DNA of 64,000 nucleotides from Escherichia coli (GTDB lineage Bacteria; Pseudomonadota; Gammaproteobacteria; Enterobacterales; Enterobacteriaceae): NCBI RefSeq assembly GCF_013315695.1, contig NZ_CP054353.1; one strand, 5' to 3'. Shown piece by piece: positions 55,700 to 64,000 of this stretch (position 1 is its first letter; each line of letters starts with the position of its first letter). The notes under the pieces were generated by a model. It saw only the letters and a program-made list of their open reading frames with translations, ran no database searches and was not told where the DNA came from. The position numbers and the translations under genes were made by a program.

Positions 55700-57778
55700 A
55701 TGAGTAATCTGGCCGCGATGCTGCGCCTGCCTGCAAACCTGAAATCGACACAATGGCAGATCCTTGCCGGACCGATTTTGATCCTGTTGATCTTGTCGAT
55801 GATGGTACTGCCACTGCCCGCATTCATACTCGACCTGCTGTTTACCTTCAATATTGCCTTGTCGATCATGGTGTTGCTGGTGGCGATGTTTACCCAGCGC
55901 ACGCTTGAGTTTGCTGCGTTTCCGACCATCCTGTTGTTTACCACGCTGTTGCGTCTGGCACTTAACGTGGCTTCAACCCGTATCATTTTGATGGAAGGGC
56001 ATACCGGCGCGGCGGCGGCTGGAAAGGTGGTCGAAGCGTTCGGTCACTTCCTCGTTGGTGGCAATTTCGCTATCGGTATCGTGGTGTTCGTCATTCTCGT
56101 GATCATCAACTTTATGGTTATCACCAAAGGTGCCGGGCGTATTGCGGAAGTGGGCGCGCGCTTTGTTCTCGATGGTATGCCGGGTAAGCAGATGGCGATT
56201 GACGCCGACCTTAACGCCGGATTGATTGGTGAAGATGAAGCGAAAAAACGCCGCTCCGAAGTGACTCAGGAAGCCGATTTTTACGGCTCGATGGACGGGG
56301 CAAGTAAGTTTGTTCGCGGCGATGCCATCGCCGGGATCCTCATCATGGTCATTAACGTTGTCGGCGGATTGCTGGTCGGTGTGCTGCAACATGGCATGAG
56401 CATGGGGCACGCGGCGGAAAGTTATACGCTATTGACCATTGGCGACGGTCTGGTGGCACAAATCCCGTCACTGGTGATTTCTACCGCCGCGGGCGTCATC
56501 GTTACACGTGTCAGCACCGATCAGGATGTTGGCGAGCAGATGGTGAATCAGCTTTTCAGTAATCCGAGCGTTATGTTATTAAGCGCCGCCGTGCTCGGTT
56601 TACTCGGCCTGGTGCCTGGAATGCCGAACCTGGTATTTTTGCTGTTCACTGCCGGATTGCTGGGGCTGGCGTGGTGGATCCGCGGACGTGAACAAAAAGC
56701 GCCTGCCGAAGCAAAACCGGTAAAAATGGCAGAGAATAATACCGTTGTCGAAGCGACGTGGAACGATGTACAACTGGAAGATTCTCTGGGAATGGAAGTG
56801 GGTTATCGACTGATCCCGATGGTCGATTTCCAGCAGGATGGTGAGTTGTTGGGCCGTATACGCAGTATCCGCAAGAAATTTGCCCAGGAGATGGGGTTTC
56901 TGCCGCCAGTGGTACACATTCGCGACAATATGGATCTGCAACCTGCCCGCTATCGCATTTTGATGAAAGGCGTGGAGATAGGCAGTGGTGATGCTTATCC
57001 GGGGCGTTGGTTGGCGATTAACCCTGGAACCGCTGCCGGGACGTTACCTGGTGAGGCGACCGTCGATCCGGCATTTGGCCTGAATGCTATCTGGATTGAA
57101 AGTGCGCTTAAAGAGCAGGCGCAGATTCAGGGGTACACCGTGGTTGAGGCCAGCACGGTGGTGGCAACGCATCTTAACCACCTCATTAGCCAGCATGCCG
57201 CAGAGCTGTTTGGTCGTCAGGAGGCGCAACAGCTGCTGGATCGCGTCGCCCAGGAGATGCCAAAGCTGACGGAAGATCTCGTTCCTGGCGTCGTCACGCT
57301 TACCACACTGCATAAAGTGCTGCAAAATCTGCTCGATGAAAAAGTGCCGATTCGCGATATGCGCACCATTCTCGAAACGCTGGCGGAACATGCGCCCATC
57401 CAAAGCGATCCGCATGAATTAACCGCCGTCGTGCGCGTAGCGTTGGGACGGGCGATTACCCAGCAGTGGTTTCCTGGCAAAGATGAAGTCCATGTTATTG
57501 GCCTCGATACACCGCTGGAACGTTTGTTGCTACAGGCATTGCAGGGCGGGGGGGGACTGGAGCCAGGGCTGGCGGATCGTTTACTGGCGCAAACTCAGGA
57601 AGCGCTATCCCGTCAGGAGATGTTGGGTGCGCCGCCGGTACTGTTGGTGAACCACGCGCTGCGACCATTATTGTCTCGCTTCCTGCGCCGCAGCTTGCCG
57701 CAGTTAGTGGTGCTGTCGAATCTGGAACTATCAGATAACCGACATATCCGTATGACGGCGACGATTGGCGGCAAATAA
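55700..57778 (+). CDS. flhA: Flagellar export apparatus protein FlhA
   Basis: 692 aa from MSNLAAMLRLPANLKSTQWQ. Confidence 0.95.
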   Translation: MSNLAAMLRLPANLKSTQWQILAGPILILLILSMMVLPLPAFILDLLFTFNIALSIMVLLVAMFTQRTLEFAAFPTILLFTTLLRLALNVASTRIILMEGHTGAAAAGKVVEAFGHFLVGGNFAIGIVVFVILVIINFMVITKGAGRIAEVGARFVLDGMPGKQMAIDADLNAGLIGEDEAKKRRSEVTQEADFYGSMDGASKFVRGDAIAGILIMVINVVGGLLVGVLQHGMSMGHAAESYTLLTIGDGLVAQIPSLVISTAAGVIVTRVSTDQDVGEQMVNQLFSNPSVMLLSAAVLGLLGLVPGMPNLVFLLFTAGLLGLAWWIRGREQKAPAEAKPVKMAENNTVVEATWNDVQLEDSLGMEVGYRLIPMVDFQQDGELLGRIRSIRKKFAQEMGFLPPVVHIRDNMDLQPARYRILMKGVEIGSGDAYPGRWLAINPGTAAGTLPGEATVDPAFGLNAIWIESALKEQAQIQGYTVVEASTVVATHLNHLISQHAAELFGRQEAQQLLDRVAQEMPKLTEDLVPGVVTLTTLHKVLQNLLDEKVPIRDMRTILETLAEHAPIQSDPHELTAVVRVALGRAITQQWFPGKDEVHVIGLDTPLERLLLQALQGGGGLEPGLADRLLAQTQEALSRQEMLGAPPVLLVNHALRPLLSRFLRRSLPQLVVLSNLELSDNRHIRMTATIGGK

Positions 57779-58170
57779 TGAGAGCCTTATTAGCAATATT
57801 ATTGTTTCCGCTGCTGCTGCAAGCCGCCGGGGAGGGGATGTGGCAGGTGAGTAGCGTGGGCGTTACGCTAAATCATCGCGGTGAATCGATGTCGTCAGCG
57901 CCTCTTTCTACGCGACAACCTGCTTCAGGATTGATGACGCTGGTGGCGTGGCGTTATCAGCTTATCGGTCCGACACCTGCAGGACTGCGGGTTCGCTTGT
58001 GTTCACAATCTCGTTGTGTCGAATTAGAGGGGCAGAGTGGAACCACCGTGGCCTTTTCCGGTATACCGGCGGCAGAACCGTTGCGCTTTATCTGGGAAGT
58101 GCCTGGCGGTGGGCGGTTAATTCCGCCGCTAAAGATTCAGCGGAATGAAGTGATTGTAAATTATCGTTAA
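57778..58170 (+). CDS. flhE: Flagellar protein FlhE
   Basis: 130 aa with signal peptide. Confidence 0.9.
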   Translation: MRALLAILLFPLLLQAAGEGMWQVSSVGVTLNHRGESMSSAPLSTRQPASGLMTLVAWRYQLIGPTPAGLRVRLCSQSRCVELEGQSGTTVAFSGIPAAEPLRFIWEVPGGGRLIPPLKIQRNEVIVNYR

Positions 58171-58222
58171 TGATAAAAAAGCCGATGTCTGCAATGACAT
58201 CGGCTGTTGCCGTATAACGCGA

Positions 58223-59956
58223 TTACATACGCTCTACTGTCTCAATACCCAGCGTATCCAGACCCAGTTTCAGCGTCTTCGCCGTCAGTTGTGCCAGTTT
58301 CAGACGGCTGTTACGCACTTCTTCGTTTTCTGCGCTGAGGATCGGGCAGTGCTCGTAGAAGCCAGAGAACAGACCAGCCAGATCGTACAGGTAAGCACAC
58401 ATCACATGCGGCGTGCCTTCACGGGCAACCACGGTGAGGGTTTCTTCAAACTGCAGCAGGCGAGCAGCCAGTTGCGCTTCACGAACTTCACGGATGATAA
58501 CCGGAGCTGCAGCCAGTTGCTCTTCGTCAATTTCTGCTTTACGGAACACGGACAATACACGCGTGTAAGCATACTGCATGTATGGCGCGGTATTACCCTC
58601 AAACGCCAGCATGTTGTCCCAGTCGAAGATGTAGTCCGTGGTGCGGTTTTTGGAGAGATCCGCATATTTCACCGCACCAACACCAACCGCGTTAGCCAGT
58701 TTTTCCAGCTCGTCGGCTGGCATATCCGGGTTCTTTTCTGCCACCAGACGACGTGCACGCTCCAGGGCTTCATCCAGCAGATCGGCCAGTTTCACCGTAC
58801 CGCCAGCGCGGGTTTTGAACGGTTTACCATCTTTGCCCAGCATCATGCCGAACATGTGGTGTTCCAGCGGTACGGATTCCGGTACATAGCCCGCTTTACG
58901 GACGATCGCCCATGCCTGCATCAGGTGTTGATGCTGACGGGAATCGATGTAATACAGCACGCGATCGGCATGCAGTGTTTCATAACGATATTTCGCACTG
59001 GCGATATCAGTGGTGGTGTAGAGATAGCCGCCATCTTTCTTCTGAATGATAACGCCCATCGGTTCGCCTTCCTTGTTTTTGAACTCATCAAGGAATACAA
59101 CGGTCGCGCCTTCACTTTCTACTGCCAGACCTTTGGCTTTCAGGTCCGCCACGATACCCGGCAGCATTGGGTTGTAGAGACTTTCACCCATGACGTCATC
59201 GCGGGTCAACGTCACGTTCAGACGATCGTAGGTGATCTGGTTCTGCGTCATGGTGATGTCGACCAGTTTGCGCCACATCTCGCGGAAATATTCGTCACCG
59301 CTTTGCAGTTTTACCACGTAGTTACGTGCACGCTCGGCAAACTCTTCATCTTCGTCGTAATGCTTTTTCGCATCGCGGTAGAAACCTTCAAGGTCAGCCA
59401 GCTCCATTTCACCGGCGTTTTCCTGCTGCTGCTTTTCCAGCCACGCAATCAGCATACCGAACTGAGTGCCCCAGTCGCCGACGTGGTTTGCGCGAATCAC
59501 TTTGTGACCGAGGAACTCCAGAGTACGAACTGCTGCGTCACCAATAATGGTAGAGCGCAGGTGACCGACATGCATCTCTTTCGCCACGTTTGGCGCAGAG
59601 TAGTCAACCACAATGGTTTGTTTTTCTGGCGTAGCAACACCGAGACGATCGGACGCCAGCGCCTGCTGAACATGTTCAGCCAGGAATGCCGGATCAAGGA
59701 AAATGTTGATAAAGCCTGGACCGGCGATCTCAACTTTGCTGGCGATACCGTTAAGATCCAGATGAGTCAGCACCTGCTCTGCTAATTGTCGCGGTGCCAT
59801 ACCCAGTTTTTTAGCAACTGCCATCATGCCGTTAGCCTGATAGTCGCCGAACTGAACTTTTGCTGACTGACGAACCTGCGGTTCGCAATCCGCAGGCGCG
59901 CCTGCCGCAATCATGGCCTGACGGACTTTTTCTGAGAGAAGAGCCTGAATATTCAC
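58223..59956 (-). CDS. argS: Arginine--tRNA ligase
   Basis: 577 aa with HVGH motif. Confidence 0.95.
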   Translation of the reverse strand: MNIQALLSEKVRQAMIAAGAPADCEPQVRQSAKVQFGDYQANGMMAVAKKLGMAPRQLAEQVLTHLDLNGIASKVEIAGPGFINIFLDPAFLAEHVQQALASDRLGVATPEKQTIVVDYSAPNVAKEMHVGHLRSTIIGDAAVRTLEFLGHKVIRANHVGDWGTQFGMLIAWLEKQQQENAGEMELADLEGFYRDAKKHYDEDEEFAERARNYVVKLQSGDEYFREMWRKLVDITMTQNQITYDRLNVTLTRDDVMGESLYNPMLPGIVADLKAKGLAVESEGATVVFLDEFKNKEGEPMGVIIQKKDGGYLYTTTDIASAKYRYETLHADRVLYYIDSRQHQHLMQAWAIVRKAGYVPESVPLEHHMFGMMLGKDGKPFKTRAGGTVKLADLLDEALERARRLVAEKNPDMPADELEKLANAVGVGAVKYADLSKNRTTDYIFDWDNMLAFEGNTAPYMQYAYTRVLSVFRKAEIDEEQLAAAPVIIREVREAQLAARLLQFEETLTVVAREGTPHVMCAYLYDLAGLFSGFYEHCPILSAENEEVRNSRLKLAQLTAKTLKLGLDTLGIETVERM

Positions 59957-60171
59957 CGGAATACCTTACATTGATGAAGCGAGCAAAAATTGCCCGCACC
60001 AGTTAAAGAAATTAGGGCGGGAGTATACTGCAAATGGCTGTTTTCGTCAGCAACGTGCGCGTGGCGTATTGCCGTTTTCACTATTGCATCAGAAGCGGCG
60101 TGAAATCAGCGGTTGGTTGGCGCAGGGCAACAGGGTAAATTAACGCTTTTAATGAAAGACGAAGAGTGATT

Positions 60172-60738
60172 ATGGCGAACTGGCAATCTATCGACGAGCT
60201 GCAGGATATTGCATCGGATTTACCGCGATTTACCCACGCATTAGATGAACTTTCCCGCCGTCTGGGGTTGGATATCACTCCGCTGACTGCCGATCACATT
60301 TCCTTACGTTGCCATCAAAACGTCACCGCTGAACGCTGGCGTCGCGGGTTTGAACAGTGCGGCGAGCTTTTGTCAGAAAATATGATCAATGGCAGACCGA
60401 TTTGTCTGTTTAAATTGCATGAACCGGTACAGGTTGCGCACTGGCAGTTTTCCATTGTGGAGCTACCGTGGCCCGGGGAAAAACGTTACCCGCACGAAGG
60501 TTGGGAACATATTGAAATCGTTCTGCCGGGTGATCCAGAAACGCTGAATGCCCGTGCGCTGGCATTGCTTTCTGATGAAGGACTCAGCCTGCCGGGGATC
60601 TCAGTTAAAACCAGTTCGCCAAAAGGTGAGCATGAACGATTACCGAATCCGACGCTGGCGGTCACCGATGGTAAAACAACCATTAAGTTTCATCCGTGGT
60701 CCATTGAAGAGATCGTTGCCAGCGAGCAGTCGGCGTAA
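60172..60738 (+). CDS. yecM: YecM
   Basis: 188 aa from MANWQSIDELQDIASDL. Confidence 0.85.
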   Translation: MANWQSIDELQDIASDLPRFTHALDELSRRLGLDITPLTADHISLRCHQNVTAERWRRGFEQCGELLSENMINGRPICLFKLHEPVQVAHWQFSIVELPWPGEKRYPHEGWEHIEIVLPGDPETLNARALALLSDEGLSLPGISVKTSSPKGEHERLPNPTLAVTDGKTTIKFHPWSIEEIVASEQSA

Positions 60739-60742
60739 CTAA

Positions 60743-61498
<756 letters not shown>

Positions 61499-61885
61499 TT
61501 TTTACCGTTGCATCATGTCGCCCAATATGATGCTTGCTCGTACCAGGCCCCTGCAATTTCAACAGGGGCCTTTTTTTATCCCTGAGCAGTATAAAAAACG
61601 AACGATTGCCGTGATCTGTTGAGCGGGTGACAGTGCGCATAGCGTTGTGCTAAAAATATTTTATATATTCACATTCATTATGTGATTTAAATTGCCAAAA
61701 CTGACAAATATATATTCTAAATAACAACTGGGTTATTCCTTAGCAATTAATGATTACATTGTAATAAATCATATTCTTTATCGATTATTTCAGGCAGTGT
61801 TGTGCCGAATTAAGCAAGTAGTCAATTCGTTGTGTATTTATTTATACAATGGTATCGGTGTCCTGGAATTTAATTAGAGGAATCT

Positions 61886-62986
61886 ATGCGAGGGAAAAAA
61901 CGCATTGGGTTATTGTTTTTGCTGATAGCGGTTGTGGTTGGTGGCGGCGGGTTATTGCTGGCGCAAAAAGCCTTACATAAAACGTCGGATACCGCATTTT
62001 GCCTTTCCTGCCACTCGATGAGTAAACCTTTTGAGGAATATCAGGGAACTGTCCACTTTTCAAACCAGAAAGGGATACGTGCGGAATGTGCCGATTGCCA
62101 TATTCCAAAGTCAGGGATGGATTATTTATTTGCTAAATTAAAAGCATCTAAAGATATTTATCATGAATTTGTTAGCGGCAAAATAGACAGTGATGATAAG
62201 TTCGAAGCTCATCGCCAGGAAATGGCCGAAACAGTATGGAAAGAATTAAAAGCAACTGACTCTGCAACCTGCCGTAGTTGCCATTCTTTTGATGCCATGG
62301 ATATTGCCTCGCAAAGTGAATCTGCGCAGAAAATGCATAATAAAGCGCAAAAGGACGGCGAAACCTGTATCGATTGCCATAAAGGCATTGCCCATTTTCC
62401 GCCAGAAATAAAAATGGATGACAACGCGGCGCATGAGCTGGAAAGTCAGGCCGCTACTTCAGTTACTAATGGCGCACATATTTATCCTTTCAAAACTTCT
62501 CGCATAGGCGAACTGGCTACCGTGACTCCTGGTACCGATCTTACCGTCGTTGATGCCAGTGGCAAACAGCCAATTGTTCGGTTGCAGGGTTATCAAATGC
62601 AGGGCAGTGAAAACACGCTCTACCTGGCGGCAGGCCAACGGCTGGCGCTCGCCACATTAAGTGAAGAAGGTATCAAGGCGCTAACGGTAAACGGGGAATG
62701 GCAGGCTGACGAATACGGCAATCAATGGCGTCAGGCGTCTTTGCAGGGGGCGCTTATCGATCCCGCATTAGCGGACCGTAAACCGCTATGGCAATACGCT
62801 GAAAAACTTGACGGTACCTATTGCGCTGGCTGCCATGCCCCTATTGCCGCCGACCATTACACCGTCAATACATGGCCGTCCATTGCCAAAGGAATGGGGG
62901 CGCGAACCAGCATGAGCGAAAACGAACTGGACATTTTGACGCGGTACTTCCAGTACAACGCCAAAGATATTACCGAGAAACAGTGA
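61886..62986 (+). CDS. torY: NapC/NirT-family pentahaem cytochrome c TorY
   Basis: 366 aa with N-terminal membrane anchor and multiple CxxCH haem motifs. Confidence 0.9.
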   Translation: MRGKKRIGLLFLLIAVVVGGGGLLLAQKALHKTSDTAFCLSCHSMSKPFEEYQGTVHFSNQKGIRAECADCHIPKSGMDYLFAKLKASKDIYHEFVSGKIDSDDKFEAHRQEMAETVWKELKATDSATCRSCHSFDAMDIASQSESAQKMHNKAQKDGETCIDCHKGIAHFPPEIKMDDNAAHELESQAATSVTNGAHIYPFKTSRIGELATVTPGTDLTVVDASGKQPIVRLQGYQMQGSENTLYLAAGQRLALATLSEEGIKALTVNGEWQADEYGNQWRQASLQGALIDPALADRKPLWQYAEKLDGTYCAGCHAPIAADHYTVNTWPSIAKGMGARTSMSENELDILTRYFQYNAKDITEKQ

Positions 62987-63010
62987 TCCTCGTTGATCAG
63001 GGAGGAAGTT

Positions 63011-64000
63011 ATGACATTAACAAGACGTGAATTTATTAAACATAGCGGTATTGCGGCAGGGACGCTGGTGGTGACATCGGCTGCACCGCTACCCGCATGG
63101 GCAGAAGAAAAGGGCGGCAAAATTCTCACCGCGGGCCGTTGGGGAGCGATGAACGTAGAAGTGAAGGACGGCAAGATTGTTTCTTCGACAGGCGCGCTGG
63201 CGAAAACCATACCGAACTCCTTACAGTCTACGGCGGCGGATCAGGTACACACCACGGCGCGTATTCAGCATCCGATGGTGAGAAAAAGCTATCTCGATAA
63301 TCCACTGCAACCGGTGAAAGGTCGTGGCGAAGATACCTATGTACAGGTGAGCTGGGAACAAGCATTAAAACTGATTCATGAACAACACGATCGCATTCGC
63401 AAAGCTAACGGACCATCGGCCATTTTTGCCGGATCTTATGGCTGGCGTTCTTCTGGCGTGTTGCATAAAGCGCAAACCTTACTGCAACGTTATATGAACC
63501 TGGCGGGCGGTTATTCCGGGCATAGCGGCGATTATTCAACCGGAGCGGCACAGGTGATCATGCCGCATGTGGTCGGTTCTGTAGAGGTGTATGAACAGCA
63601 GACCTCCTGGCCGCTGATTCTGGAAAACAGCCAGGTGGTGGTGCTGTGGGGGATGAACCCGCTGAACACGCTCAAAATTGCCTGGAGCAGTACCGATGAG
63701 CAAGGGCTGGAATACTTCCATCAGCTGAAAAAATCTGGCAAACCAGTGATTGCCATTGATCCTATCTGCTCCGAAACCATCGAATTCTTTGGCGATAATG
63801 CCACCTGGATCGCACCGAATATGGGTACCGACGTGGCACTGATGTTAGGGATTGCGCATACCCTGATGACACAAGGCAAACACGATAAAGTGTTCCTTGA
63901 AAAATACACTACCGGGTATCCGCAGTTTGAAGAGTATCTGACAGGTAAGAGCGATAATACGCCGAAGAGCGCGGCCTGGGCGGCGGAAATTACTGGCGTA
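63011..64000 (+). CDS. torZ: TMAO/S-oxide molybdoenzyme reductase TorZ, 3' end outside window
   Basis: Begins [21 protein letters not shown] (twin-arginine signal); RBS ggaggaag upstream; open to the window end. Confidence 0.9.
   Translation, partial: MTLTRREFIKHSGIAAGTLVVTSAAPLPAWAEEKGGKILTAGRWGAMNVEVKDGKIVSSTGALAKTIPNSLQSTAADQVHTTARIQHPMVRKSYLDNPLQPVKGRGEDTYVQVSWEQALKLIHEQHDRIRKANGPSAIFAGSYGWRSSGVLHKAQTLLQRYMNLAGGYSGHSGDYSTGAAQVIMPHVVGSVEVYEQQTSWPLILENSQVVVLWGMNPLNTLKIAWSSTDEQGLEYFHQLKKSGKPVIAIDPICSETIEFFGDNATWIAPNMGTDVALMLGIAHTLMTQGKHDKVFLEKYTTGYPQFEEYLTGKSDNTPKSAAWAAEITGV

Noticed and set aside
58289-59785. 498-aa ORF on the plus strand
   Set aside because: Fully antisense to argS, an essential and highly conserved gene; typical shadow ORF, with no start context and a peptide lacking recognisable motifs.

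Overview
This window reads as Escherichia coli chromosome covering the flagellar/chemotaxis neighbourhood, in reverse orientation relative to the usual K-12 map. Gene order: a P2-like prophage tail/baseplate remnant with a Pin-type invertible tail-fibre switch (1-6000), a 5'-truncated dgcQ, yedP, yodD, dsrB, rcsA, IS1, yedK-yedF-yedE-yedD, amyA, fliTSD, fliC, fliAZ, tcyJ-dcyD-tcyLN, sdiA, yecF, uvrYC, pgsA, tRNA glyW-cysT-leuZ, yecA, tyrP, yecH, ftnA, yecR, azuC, yecJ, ftnB, araFGH, otsBA, uspC, flhDC, motA (split by IS4), motB, cheAW, tar, a tap remnant, cheRBYZ, flhBAE, argS, yecM, cutC, torY and the start of torZ. Most of it is ordinary core genome. I did not find a convincing novel defence or other undescribed system. 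What stands out is (i) the prophage remnant with a tail-fibre inversion switch and a 168-bp tandem repeat array, and (ii) four independent lesions in the motility regulon: an IS1 junction where the fliE-fliR operons would be expected, IS4 in motA with a 12-bp target duplication, an internally deleted and frameshifted tap, and a TGG-to-TGA stop in flhB. The regulators flhDC and fliA, the flagellin gene and sigma-28 promoters remain intact. All calls rest on reading the sequence and recalled protein families; no database search was run, and coordinates of start codons and element ends may be off by a few bases.
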